Of a stretch of 64,000 bases of DNA, positions 17,651 through 26,894 are shown piece by piece (position 1 is the first letter of the stretch; each line of letters begins with the position of its first letter). Location of the stretch: positions 16,312 to 80,311 of the IMG/VR virus record IMGVR_UViG_3300013307_000018; one strand, written 5' to 3'. Source of the DNA: a virus (lineage: Duplodnaviria; Heunggongvirae; Uroviricota; Caudoviricetes). The position numbers and the translations under genes are program-made. The notes under the pieces were generated by a model. That model made no database searches and was not told where the DNA came from. It saw only the letters and a program-made list of their open reading frames with translations.

Positions 17651-17713
17651 ACTGTTTTTCCTTTTGTTCCTGTTATTGTTGGGTGTAGCGAAAGCTACAT
17701 ACTATCTACTGCT

Positions 17714-18220
17714 TTAGACCAGATACGTCATCCGGCCGACAAACGGCGGGGCAGTCGGGTCGACAATGACCATTTTGGTCATGCGGATATAACCATCAAC
17801 CGCCATGGCAGCACCCTCAGCCCGTTGGTACGTAAACACGGGATGGACAATCGGTTGACCGTCTACGTCCAGTATGGCCCACCACGATTCATTTACCCGT
17901 TTGGTCCTGGGGAACCGACGCGGTCGGATGGTGTACTGTCCCACGCGCTGCAAGTGGTAAGTCTTGCCGTCGTGACACCACTCCACAGGTTCCCCTTCTA
18001 TTTTCCACGCCATCTCACTGGGTCCAAATAAAACCGACATCACATCCAGACAATGGGTTTTGTGTGGACGTATCCGCAGATAAAACCGCCCTGTGGTGTA
18101 CTGAATCAACCGGGCATCCAAGTCCAGTCCCAAACCAACGTTGCTGTAGTCTCGTGGGAAAACCTGCTTACCCAGCATCATCAACCACTTCCCGTTTTTA
18201 TACGCTATGACAAAGTGCAT
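17714..18220 (-). CDS. hypothetical protein (168 aa)
   Basis: AAGGAAA SD; 16-nt overlap with upstream gene. Confidence 0.55.
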   Translation of the reverse strand: MHFVIAYKNGKWLMMLGKQVFPRDYSNVGLGLDLDARLIQYTTGRFYLRIRPHKTHCLDVMSVLFGPSEMAWKIEGEPVEWCHDGKTYHLQRVGQYTIRPRRFPRTKRVNESWWAILDVDGQPIVHPVFTYQRAEGAAMAVDGYIRMTKMVIVDPTAPPFVGRMTYLV

Positions 18221-18732
18221 ACAGTTTCCTTAAAGGGAGCGAACCATTCAGCGCATAGCACCCACGGTGCTTCGTTATCAACCCGGTTCATGACTGGGTG
18301 ACCTTGGTGTAATGTGGTCCAGGCATAACAGTCTACCTGGGTTTTGTCGTGTTCTTCTGTACTGTGGTAGTCCTCAGCGAATCCCGCAATCAGCAAGTCC
18401 CCTTCTTTGTTGACTATCCATGGATGCAGATACGCCAGTAAGAAGTGATACACGTCCAGCTGTGCTTTAGAGTTCGCACAGAACCGCAGTTCGTAGCCCT
18501 CCACGTTTTGGTCTTTGAGTTCTGCGCACGGGGTGAGCTCAGGGACGGTACTGCGTCGGTAGTCCGAAAACACAGACGTTGAATACGGGTGGAGGAAGAA
18601 CACGTCATCTTCTTCGATAGGGGGGTGGTAGTTCAGCCCCATCGTGATGAGGTTGTGCAATGCCTGCAATACGGTGGGGTTGGTGTTTTTGGCCAATTTA
18701 ATACGACCGCAATACGTGTTGTAGTGTCCCAT
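18205..18732 (-). CDS. hypothetical protein (175 aa)
   Basis: AAAGGA SD. Confidence 0.55.
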   Translation of the reverse strand: MGHYNTYCGRIKLAKNTNPTVLQALHNLITMGLNYHPPIEEDDVFFLHPYSTSVFSDYRRSTVPELTPCAELKDQNVEGYELRFCANSKAQLDVYHFLLAYLHPWIVNKEGDLLIAGFAEDYHSTEEHDKTQVDCYAWTTLHQGHPVMNRVDNEAPWVLCAEWFAPFKETVCTLS

Positions 18733-18743
18733 GGAAGGTCCTT

Positions 18744-19481
18744 TTAACGAACAACGCTGAATGAGGGAGGGGTATTTCGGTCCAACCGAATAATGCCGTT
18801 CTCACCCACAAGTTGAGTGTGTTGATTTTCGGCGTACATTATCCCAGCAACAATGGATGGGCGGCCTGACGCACCGGTAATGCATTTCTCAGACACGTCT
18901 GAGGTCAAGCAATACAAATAACATTGCGATAAATGGGTGGTCACCAGATGTTGGATTTGTTGCAACGCCCAGTTGTCGGTATCTGCCCAAGCGGATACCG
19001 TAGCGCCCGATGTCTGTGTTGTAACCAGTAACTCGTCATCTTCCAGATAGACCAGTGGATACAGTGTTGTAATGGCATCGGTGACCATCTGTAAAATGAT
19101 TTTTCGATTACTGTATTCATACGCACTGATGAGCATGTATTTGTAGCTGTCGCCCTGTTCCTTGAGGTCACCAAACTGTTCAATCAACGTTGCTTCAGGA
19201 ATACCCCGCCCCAATGACAGGAAATAGTTAATCCGCCAGTCACGGGTGGGGATACCTGTCAGGTGCCAATTACACAACACCCCCAACAGTTGTTTACGGT
19301 CGTCATCCCAATTGTAATGCGCACCGGCTAGAACATCGGTGTTCTGCTGGAGGTGGCCCGCCGTTTCGTCATTGAGCAATGTCGCACAGGCTTCCATGTT
19401 CAACAGGTAGGTGTACGCCATAACTTCGTCGTACGTCACGGTTTCCAGAAAACCCAATACAGGATCTTTAAATTCGGTCAT
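18744..19481 (-). CDS. hypothetical protein (245 aa)
   Basis: AGGAG SD; ATGA overlap with 19478..19975. Confidence 0.55.
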   Translation of the reverse strand: MTEFKDPVLGFLETVTYDEVMAYTYLLNMEACATLLNDETAGHLQQNTDVLAGAHYNWDDDRKQLLGVLCNWHLTGIPTRDWRINYFLSLGRGIPEATLIEQFGDLKEQGDSYKYMLISAYEYSNRKIILQMVTDAITTLYPLVYLEDDELLVTTQTSGATVSAWADTDNWALQQIQHLVTTHLSQCYLYCLTSDVSEKCITGASGRPSIVAGIMYAENQHTQLVGENGIIRLDRNTPPSFSVVR

Positions 19482-19975
19482 TGTCGTACTCCTGTACTGT
19501 TAAGAGAAAGAAAACGGGTGGTGGCGTGATACGCCGTAGCAAACGGGGTGGTGACCAACATCGACAATACAGTCCGTGCTTCATCGACCGAGGGGAATTG
19601 CGCGTAGAGCTCTCGTGCATCCAGGTAGTCAATCAGGTCTCTTTTTGGCCATTGGGTCAGGTCATCCAGGTCCAGACTACCTGCAGGCCATCCGGCGTCG
19701 TAGAACCGGTCTTCGTACTCCAGGAATACGTGAGTCGGTGACCCTACAACGCTCACGCGTGTCAGACCCATTTCCACTAAACGGGCATGAACCACCAACG
19801 CATAGACATGACACAACCCGTTGTTGATAAAGGTATCCACGGGCGTCGGTTCGCCATTGTCCATAACAGGACGGTCACCGTAGCTGTAGCCAAACGCATA
19901 CCGTGACAACCCGTCGATATGGTGAGCCAACACGCCATTCAGCTCCGTAATGGTTGCGGTGATAATAGAGTGCAT
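19478..19975 (-). CDS. hypothetical protein (165 aa)
   Basis: ORF track; preceded by conserved 17-bp motif and a 300-bp regulatory region. Confidence 0.55.
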   Translation of the reverse strand: MHSIITATITELNGVLAHHIDGLSRYAFGYSYGDRPVMDNGEPTPVDTFINNGLCHVYALVVHARLVEMGLTRVSVVGSPTHVFLEYEDRFYDAGWPAGSLDLDDLTQWPKRDLIDYLDARELYAQFPSVDEARTVLSMLVTTPFATAYHATTRFLSLNSTGVRQ

Positions 19976-20004
19976 TGTAATAATCCGGTAGGTTATAGGT
20001 TCAT

Positions 20005-20020
20005 CCCAGTAATATAGGTT
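20005..20020 (-). promoter_or_regulatory. conserved 17-bp motif, copy 1 (minus strand AAACCTATATTACTGG)
   Basis: about 30 nt upstream of ATG of 19478..19975; contains TATATTA -10-like core. Confidence 0.4.
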
Positions 20021-20272
20021 TGAGCTGTTTTTATTTAACGAAAAAAATAAAGAAAAATCACTCCCTCAATAAAGGGGATTATGCCCTGTAGCATAATCCC
20101 TATTCACTGTATACAGGTGTTATATAGCTATCTCTCTATATATACCGTAATATCTGCCGTAGGCAGGAGAAGGTCAACGGCGGTTGCATCCAAACTATAT
20201 AGGTATCCCGTGTATTTTCTTACAGACGTATTTCTGTAAGTGATTGATGTCCTTATCAATTTGTTTTATTTC

Positions 20273-20656
20273 TTAGTGACGGTTAGAATTCGCAATGAGT
20301 TCCACACCGTATTCAGTGGCTTTCTCACGGCAGTCTTCAATGAGTTCGTCCACGATAGACGAATCACTGGAGTGCAGGTAACAGCGTTTGAGGTTCGGGT
20401 ACTTACGCCCCAGACGATACATCACCATCAGGAACAACTCACCACCGGTGTGGTCAGGTCCCTCCAGATAATGGTCGAAGTGGATTTCTTCCAGACTGGC
20501 TTCGTGTTGCTTGAGCAGTCGATTAGCTTCACGCCAGGTTTTTGTCCACGTCATCTTACTGCCCCGGTCCTCGCCTAAATAGCGTACCGGGTCACGTAGG
20601 TCATCGATGTACAAATGGGTAATGGGTGTTACGGGAACGAGCGTTTCGTCAGTCAT
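20273..20656 (-). CDS. hypothetical protein (127 aa)
   Basis: AGGAAA SD. Confidence 0.55.
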   Translation of the reverse strand: MTDETLVPVTPITHLYIDDLRDPVRYLGEDRGSKMTWTKTWREANRLLKQHEASLEEIHFDHYLEGPDHTGGELFLMVMYRLGRKYPNLKRCYLHSSDSSIVDELIEDCREKATEYGVELIANSNRH

Positions 20657-20818
20657 GGTGTTTCCTGTTTATCACGGTAATAGAATTTCAACACGTAGGC
20701 ATCGCGCGATGCCTTAACGGTGGCGTTTCAGTACGGCCTTACGGCGTGTCTGTACGATAATTGACCAATGTTAATATTTACGGCATAGCAGGCAGGGTTT
20801 CCCCTGCCCACTATCTGC

Positions 20819-21595
20819 TTATGCGTAAGCCTGCAGCGCACGCGCACAAATCACCGAACGTACGCAGTCACCTTTCAGGAAGCGCACCACGGAAACGATT
20901 TCATCATCTTCAAAGCGGTCCAGCGCATCGCGCAGACCCGACATCGACGCCGACGGTAAATCGATTTGCTCAACGTCACCGTTGACGATAACCGTGCAGT
21001 TCTCACCCAAACGCGTCAGGAACATTTTCATCTGTTTCGCTGTGGCGTTCTGGGCTTCATCCAGGATGACAACCGCGTTCTCAAAGGTACGCCCACGCAT
21101 ATAGGCGAACGGAGCAATCTCCACCTTGCCAATTTCAGGGCGCAGGCAGTATTGCAGGAAACTGTGACCCAGACGCTTTTGCAGCACGTCATACACCGGT
21201 CGGAAATACGGGGCGAACTTCTCACTGATGTCACCCGGTAAGAAACCCAGGTCTTCATCGGCTTGCAGTACCGGACGGGTAACGATGATGCGTTCCACTT
21301 CTTTGTCCAACAACCGTTTAGCAGCCCATGCTGTGGCCAGGTAGGTTTTACCGCATCCCGCTTCACCGGTCGCAAAAATCAACGACTTGGTTTGGAGCGC
21401 ATTGAGGTAAGCTGCCTGATTTTCCGTACGGGCTTCCAGCGGGGATTCATCCCGGCGGGTGTTCGCACGTGGCATGTTCATCTCGTCGATGGCGTCATTC
21501 TTGTTATTGAATTTAGCACCGAGCTCTACAACGTTGTTATCAGCATGGTTCCGGCGAGATTCACGACGGGATGCTTTAGCTTTCTGTCGACCCAT
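20819..21595 (-). CDS. phoH: PhoH-like ATPase
   Basis: Walker A ATGEAGCGKTYLA; ILDEAQN; PhoH-family layout; ATG 21595 with AAGGTG SD. Confidence 0.85.
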   Translation of the reverse strand: MGRQKAKASRRESRRNHADNNVVELGAKFNNKNDAIDEMNMPRANTRRDESPLEARTENQAAYLNALQTKSLIFATGEAGCGKTYLATAWAAKRLLDKEVERIIVTRPVLQADEDLGFLPGDISEKFAPYFRPVYDVLQKRLGHSFLQYCLRPEIGKVEIAPFAYMRGRTFENAVVILDEAQNATAKQMKMFLTRLGENCTVIVNGDVEQIDLPSASMSGLRDALDRFEDDEIVSVVRFLKGDCVRSVICARALQAYA

Positions 21596-21843
21596 AATAA
21601 ACACCTTAGGTAAAGGGTGGTGAAGGATGGTTTAAACGCGCTACACTGCCAGGGTCCTTGGTTGGGTGGTTGAGTCATATCATCAACCATCTATATGAAT
21701 CCGTTCAGCGAGATGGGTCTCTAACATAGAGTGGAATGAAATATGTATTTTCTTACACGGTTAGTCCATCGTTTGTAGATACCTCGTAGTGCTGTGTGTA
21801 GTCTTAACCTGGTGGCTTCCAGGTCATTTTGTCGGTCTTTTTG

Positions 21844-21869
21844 GGAGGGGAAACCCTCCCATTTATTTC
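21844..21869 (+). terminator. plus-strand-oriented hairpin plus T tract
   Basis: GGGAGGG-gaaa-CCCTCCC-ATTTATTT on plus. Confidence 0.35.
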
Positions 21870-21870
21870 G

Positions 21871-22260
21871 TCATTGTGGTAAAGCCGGAGGCGTCAAAGG
21901 CGTAATCGGAGGACCACCTTTTCTGTAGTCCAGTGACACTACCCCACCACCCAGGCGGTTTTCCATCACTACCGTGTAGCCGTTGTTAGACACCACGGTC
22001 ACCGCAATGACATCGGCTCGCGAATCCCGTGACGCCAGAACAATTTCTGCCCACTCGGAATCGGTGAAATCCCCCAGGGGTGCGTACACACGTTGTCGCA
22101 TAGAAGTTGGCGCATTGGGTCCCAGACGATGCCACAGATAGGTGTGTCCGGGACGCATGTCAGCAAAGCGATTGATGATGCTGAACGGGTACTCGCCGGA
22201 GTCCGTCACCACCTTCGCAGGGGCCTGACGACTGCTACTGTCTAATGGATGACGTAACAT
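21871..22260 (-). CDS. hypothetical protein (129 aa), paralog of 22265..22666
   Basis: Internal ATG with GAGGGGGAA SD; shared motif [DS]SEWAEIV / DASWYEIV. Confidence 0.5.
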   Translation of the reverse strand: MLRHPLDSSSRQAPAKVVTDSGEYPFSIINRFADMRPGHTYLWHRLGPNAPTSMRQRVYAPLGDFTDSEWAEIVLASRDSRADVIAVTVVSNNGYTVVMENRLGGGVVSLDYRKGGPPITPLTPPALPQ

Positions 22261-22264
22261 GGTA

Positions 22265-22666
22265 TTATTCCCCCTCAACCTGGCTGACCACCAAATACCC
22301 CGCAAGGTTGTCGTAGTCGAACTGCAGGTATTTACCCTGGTTCAGTCGACTCCCCACAACCATGCACCCACCGGTGGCAGATAACACGTTTTCCCGTACC
22401 TTTACTGCCCACACGTTATCCCCGTTGGCCTTTGTGGTCGCCACGATTTCATACCAGCTCGCATCGCTTAAATCCAATGGGGTTTCATAGAACGTGTAAC
22501 CAACCTGGTCAGGGTTTTGGTCCAGTTCAGTTACCTGCATCAGATAGGTTTTGTGGGCTGCTAATGTGCGCAGGTCAGGCACCGTATAAAAGGAATAGAT
22601 TCGTTCGTCACAGACCACGGCCATGTCTGACCCGATGACTCCCGGGTACCCGTTTGTTTCACTCAT
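22265..22666 (-). CDS. hypothetical protein (133 aa), paralog of 21871..22260
   Basis: Internal ATG (MSETNGYPG). Confidence 0.5.
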   Translation of the reverse strand: MSETNGYPGVIGSDMAVVCDERIYSFYTVPDLRTLAAHKTYLMQVTELDQNPDQVGYTFYETPLDLSDASWYEIVATTKANGDNVWAVKVRENVLSATGGCMVVGSRLNQGKYLQFDYDNLAGYLVVSQVEGE

Positions 22667-23424
22667 AAGAAATTCTCCACAACGTCCCACAGTTCACGTT
22701 TATCTTCGGCCAGCTGTAGCGTGCTGTCATCCCAGATGACCCAGTTAAACTCGTCGGCCCGACGCACCCGGATTTCATCGTTACTGAGGTTCACCAGGTA
22801 TTCAAACTGGTTGGTTTCAATGTACGCCCAAATCGGGTCATTGGTGTCAGTGAGCCCCCATTCATCGGTGCGTTTGAAATACCCGGTACAGTCGAAGTTA
22901 CGGGCTGCTCGTTCGTGACCGGCTACCGCCATGTCTAACCATCTGACGTAGTCCGGTTTGCCGTTGAAGCCCCCACGCGTCGCCGATGGCATGTAGCCTT
23001 TATTGATACGACGTCTGAGCTCACCTAACAGCTCCTCACGGGTTACTCGCTGACGACTGACATAATCCCCACCGAACACGCTTTTGTTCACCACAGCGTC
23101 TTTAGGGCCGGGTACCAGGGCCTGGCGATGCATTGCCGATGTATCGATATCCACTGTAGGGTACTGCATGTGGTACATGACATCGTCCTCGGCACTGAGG
23201 ATTAATGCGCCTCCACGTGTCAGACTCGGGAAGGCCATTTTGGGAGAAATATCGGGACGGTAGTGTTCACACACCAAATGAACACTTGAGGTTTCAGACA
23301 ACCCATACCGAGGGTCGTCAATATCGCAATTTGTGTCGTACTGCGGAATCACTACCGGGGTGATGGGGTCTACACCTTGTTGCAGCAATGACTCCATGAG
23401 AGCATGCATTTCTTTGATGTTCAT
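22663..23424 (-). CDS. hypothetical protein (253 aa)
   Basis: Internal ATG (MNIKEMHALM); ORF-track N-extension runs through a terminator hairpin and is discarded. Confidence 0.5.
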   Translation of the reverse strand: MNIKEMHALMESLLQQGVDPITPVVIPQYDTNCDIDDPRYGLSETSSVHLVCEHYRPDISPKMAFPSLTRGGALILSAEDDVMYHMQYPTVDIDTSAMHRQALVPGPKDAVVNKSVFGGDYVSRQRVTREELLGELRRRINKGYMPSATRGGFNGKPDYVRWLDMAVAGHERAARNFDCTGYFKRTDEWGLTDTNDPIWAYIETNQFEYLVNLSNDEIRVRRADEFNWVIWDDSTLQLAEDKRELWDVVENFL

Positions 23425-23440
23425 TGTGGTCTTCCGAATA

Positions 23441-23467
23441 AAAAAATAAGGGAGGCGGAAGCCTCCC
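23441..23467 (-). terminator. intrinsic terminator
   Basis: plus aaaaaaataa-GGGAGGC-ggaa-GCCTCCC. Confidence 0.6.
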
Positions 23468-23479
23468 GTTATGTCGTGG

Positions 23480-23725
23480 TTATTCACCACCCGTAAAACG
23501 CAGTTTGCGACGGGTTTCGCTAAACGGCACACCAAATACCTGACGGGCGTTAGCACACATCCAGCAGCCACAACCCGCAGGGGTCGTAGCAACCTTACCA
23601 ACCACACGCTTATCAGTCTGGGGTTGATGGTCACGGTAGTAGTAGGCTGCCTGGCCGTAGCGAGACACACGTTGTTTTTTCACACTGCGTTTATAACGGC
23701 GATAGGCACGAGTACGTTGTTGCAT
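23480..23725 (-). CDS. small basic Cys-containing protein (81 aa)
   Basis: Arg/Lys-rich; CGCWMC motif. Confidence 0.45.
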   Translation of the reverse strand: MQQRTRAYRRYKRSVKKQRVSRYGQAAYYYRDHQPQTDKRVVGKVATTPAGCGCWMCANARQVFGVPFSETRRKLRFTGGE

Positions 23726-23807
23726 TGTTTCGATTCCGAGGATGTGGGGTCTGCGGTATACAGACCCTCAAGGGGCATCTCGGAATGGATGTAATAACGA
23801 TGCATGA

Positions 23808-23981
23808 TTATTTATCCTTAAAGAAAGGTTGGTTAGGGTGCGAATACCAGGCGTACCACTGTCCTTCCTTATACGCTACTACCCGACCAAACCGGTCTAC
23901 GTCACCATCGACCTCACACCCTACCCCGTGTCGGTCTACTGGTGGTTGAGTGAGTTTGACCGCGTTATCAGGAATTGACAT
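23808..23981 (-). CDS. small ORF (57 aa)
   Basis: Internal ATG with GGGGGTG SD; avoids overlap with 23968..24354. Confidence 0.3.
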   Translation of the reverse strand: MSIPDNAVKLTQPPVDRHGVGCEVDGDVDRFGRVVAYKEGQWYAWYSHPNQPFFKDK

Positions 23982-24354
23982 TACACACCCCCGTTCTTGC
24001 CGCTCCATAAGCCTGCACACCATCTGTGTACCACCACCCGTCCCTTTCCACTACGTTGTGACGACAAGTCGTCCTGAAGTGTTTGGTGCGCTTGAACGTC
24101 ATGTCCCGACGTACGTTCTCCGGCAGACGAAAGGCCTGGTTCTTGACTTGCGAGTCATGTGACTCACCCGCCCGGAAACGCAGTACGTGCGTGTCGGCGT
24201 CGTACTCCAGTTCCACGTAATCAGGCTTACCGAGCAGGGCATATAACCCACCGCCAAAATAGCCGCCAACATCAATGTTCACGGAAACGAAAGGAATGGG
24301 TGGATGTTTGTCTTTGTCTTTTAAAAGCGGGTCCGTGATTGCAACAAAAGCCAT
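23968..24354 (-). CDS. hypothetical protein (128 aa)
   Basis: TGGAG SD. Confidence 0.5.
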   Translation of the reverse strand: MAFVAITDPLLKDKDKHPPIPFVSVNIDVGGYFGGGLYALLGKPDYVELEYDADTHVLRFRAGESHDSQVKNQAFRLPENVRRDMTFKRTKHFRTTCRHNVVERDGWWYTDGVQAYGAARTGVCNVNS

Positions 24355-24439
24355 TGTGTACTCCAGTCGAATAACAAATTACTGCGAGGGGATTCAACGT
24401 AGTAATATACGTTTTTATTTTGTTGCGTTGGTTGAATGG

Positions 24440-24769
24440 TCAGGTGATGGTCTTTTTCATGACAGGACTGAAGTCAACATGCCCGGTAACAATCAGACGC
24501 TCGCCGTCTTCGTCAATGTCGTAACCTTGCAGTGTTCCGGCGGAGTTCAGGACATCCACCGTGTTGATGCGATTAAGCTGTCCAGTGAGGTCACCATTCA
24601 TTGCGTTGATGGCAGCGGTGTTGATTTCACCGACCGGTTTACCGACCTGCTTATCCATGAACCGACGTAAGTCTTCTTTGGTCATTTTGTAAACACGGCC
24701 ATCAACCGTACTGGCACCGTTAAATTCAGCCAGTCGGACAGTGAAATACATACCTTCTTTACTACTCAT
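24440..24769 (-). CDS. hypothetical protein (109 aa)
   Basis: ORF track. Confidence 0.5.
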   Translation of the reverse strand: MSSKEGMYFTVRLAEFNGASTVDGRVYKMTKEDLRRFMDKQVGKPVGEINTAAINAMNGDLTGQLNRINTVDVLNSAGTLQGYDIDEDGERLIVTGHVDFSPVMKKTIT

Positions 24770-25023
24770 GGTATTAACACCCCTGTTTCATGGTCTATAC
24801 AACCAATCACCCCGAAGCCTCGCACAAACACCCAACACGTATGCCAATCAACCCGAGGGTCATACGGACACACATTGAAGTGTACCATCCGAGGGGTAAT
24901 CTTTACCTGCCCCAGTATTGCCAGGCTGTTGATGTGTTCACATAACGCTGCGACGGTAGGTTCGAGTTCCACGACGGTCGCCATGGATTCCGCCAGTTCA
25001 CCCCGATGTTCACGAAAACGCAT
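24766..25023 (-). CDS. hypothetical protein (85 aa)
   Basis: ATGA overlap with 24440..24769. Confidence 0.45.
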   Translation of the reverse strand: MRFREHRGELAESMATVVELEPTVAALCEHINSLAILGQVKITPRMVHFNVCPYDPRVDWHTCWVFVRGFGVIGCIDHETGVLIP

Positions 25024-25034
25024 GGTGTTACCTT

Positions 25035-25418
25035 TTAATGTTTGGTGGGTTCGCTGTCTTTACCTGCCGCAATGACCGGTTCCAGATAAGACGGAATACG
25101 GTCGTACTGTACCAGACGGATAGCCAACTCCACCGCTTCCAGTTCACGGTTAACCATCACTGCGATGGTCGATACCGGAATCCCGATGTCACGCATCGCT
25201 TCCATACGGTACCGTTGACACCACTCGATTTCGTTTTCAATCCTGGTACGACGACGTTCAATCCAATCGGCCTCATCTACTGATGGGCGACCGCGTTTCT
25301 TTTTCTGCGTCCCCATTGCAATGAGTTCCTGGTGCAGACCTGCAATGATGCGTTCAAACAACCCCACCGCTTTGGCTTGTGTCCGAATGAATGGGTTATC
25401 TGTTTCAATTGCTGACAT
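25035..25418 (-). CDS. hypothetical protein (127 aa)
   Basis: Internal ATG (MSAIETDNPF) with AGGAGG SD. Confidence 0.5.
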   Translation of the reverse strand: MSAIETDNPFIRTQAKAVGLFERIIAGLHQELIAMGTQKKKRGRPSVDEADWIERRRTRIENEIEWCQRYRMEAMRDIGIPVSTIAVMVNRELEAVELAIRLVQYDRIPSYLEPVIAAGKDSEPTKH

Positions 25419-25426
25419 GTTACCTC

Positions 25427-26392
25427 CTAATACTGGGAGCGATACCACCCAATGGCTTTATCACTGATACGCTGCTGCAGGTCTTTATAGACCAGGCGGT
25501 TAGCTGCCAGGGTATCAGATTCTTCTTTTACGATGTCAGCATGTAACCATTTCAGGAACGCCGACATGTTGGCCTTTTCAATGTTACCGGTTTCACGTAC
25601 CGCTTGTAACATGCGGTTCTCGGTACACGCATAGCTAACAAAGGCTTGTGCGCCAGCGACTTGTTCCGGGTCTACTGTGGCCAGTTCACGGATCTTGGCA
25701 GCCGAATGCTTTTTGCCTTTGACCTTGAACACCAGATGACGGTCTTTGTTGGCTTTACACCACCACACAACACCTTCACCTTTAGATGATGACCCACCCA
25801 TGTATTTCGCAATCGGACAATCTGCTTCCACCTCAGTGGTGGTGCGGGCTAAGTCGTTCTGCGCCAGTTCTGGCATGTCGGTATTGATGGTCACGGTGTA
25901 CTGTCCCATGTTACGCACATCAAACATGCGTATTGCGGGTTCTTCAATGCGGAAATCATCATCATTGATGAACTGCATTTTCCAGTTACCGTTTTCGTTC
26001 AGGCGGGAATAGCCTACCCGGAACACGAGCAAGAATTTCTCCATCCCCTCGCACGATGACCCTTTTGTGATGTTCCCACCCATCCATTCCCCGCAGATTT
26101 CAAACGGGTAATCAATAGGGTATTCGAGCTTGAGGATTTTGGCCCAGGTCAGCAGTGCATCACGATGGGTCTGTACCCAGTCGTAGAAGCCGTAACCGTC
26201 TTTGAGCGCAGTTGTCCACTGGTGTTCTTTGCCGTGTGCTACGACATCCTCAGGTCCCAGGAACACCACTCGGGCATTGCTGCCGTGCCCCTTTGGAAAG
26301 CCGACCACCTCGACTTCACCGTAGTAGCCAAGTTTACGGTATTCCTTAATCACTTCACGGTACTGCTTGATGCTGGGGAATTTCATGTTCAT
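25427..26392 (-). CDS. RNA ligase, Rnl2-like nucleotidyltransferase
   Basis: Motif I FPKGHGSN (cf. T4 Rnl2 KIHGTN); GEWMGGNI; motif V HLVFKVKGKKH. Confidence 0.7.
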   Translation of the reverse strand: MNMKFPSIKQYREVIKEYRKLGYYGEVEVVGFPKGHGSNARVVFLGPEDVVAHGKEHQWTTALKDGYGFYDWVQTHRDALLTWAKILKLEYPIDYPFEICGEWMGGNITKGSSCEGMEKFLLVFRVGYSRLNENGNWKMQFINDDDFRIEEPAIRMFDVRNMGQYTVTINTDMPELAQNDLARTTTEVEADCPIAKYMGGSSSKGEGVVWWCKANKDRHLVFKVKGKKHSAAKIRELATVDPEQVAGAQAFVSYACTENRMLQAVRETGNIEKANMSAFLKWLHADIVKEESDTLAANRLVYKDLQQRISDKAIGWYRSQY

Positions 26393-26616
26393 TTGCGTGC
26401 CTCGGGTAAATTAGTGCAAGTGCCCTCTACTAAGGTAAAGGCCGTAGGACCGGCGGCGTAAAGATACTCACAACCCGTTTTGGTGTCTTTGAGGATGTAT
26501 GCGTTTGTACCTTCAACGTCATACTGTACGAAACGCCCTTTCTCAGGGTAGTCTTGACTAACGGCAGCCAGACTCGGGAACGCAACGCACAATAAAACCA
26601 ATAATAATGTTTTCAT
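26389..26616 (-). CDS. small secreted protein (75 aa)
   Basis: Signal peptide MKTLLLVLLCVAFPSLAAVS; DTKTGCEYLYAAG motif shared with 5005..5262; ATGA overlap with the ligase gene. Confidence 0.5.
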   Translation of the reverse strand: MKTLLLVLLCVAFPSLAAVSQDYPEKGRFVQYDVEGTNAYILKDTKTGCEYLYAAGPTAFTLVEGTCTNLPEARK

Positions 26617-26894
26617 TAATAATTTCCATCACTGAGAATAATGACACTCGGTCGTGATACGTCAACTAACACGATGTCTTCCAATGGTACGGTTTGTGGG
26701 ATACCTATTTCAGCCAATCGGGCTTCCAACATGACCTTTGCTGCCTCTGGGGTTGCTGCTACCACTACGGCTGCAGTATTGGTAGGCTCGATGCCTGAGA
26801 AGGAATTGCTGCTGTACACATTGAGTGCACCTGACAGTGCATCGCGGTTAGTAATCGCGACCAGCATTGCTTTATCGTAGTTACTTGGTTCCAT
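26616..26894 (-). CDS. hypothetical protein (92 aa)
   Basis: GAGGGAGA SD; TAATG coupling. Confidence 0.45.
   Translation of the reverse strand: MEPSNYDKAMLVAITNRDALSGALNVYSSNSFSGIEPTNTAAVVVAATPEAAKVMLEARLAEIGIPQTVPLEDIVLVDVSRPSVIILSDGNY

Noticed and set aside
22663-23670. ORF-track N-terminal extension of 22663..23670 (and similar extensions of 985..1737, 1758..2123, 16811..17164, 47392..47781)
   Set aside because: The extensions run through intrinsic terminator hairpins or lack SD. Internal ATGs with strong SD and proper spacing to the upstream gene were preferred.
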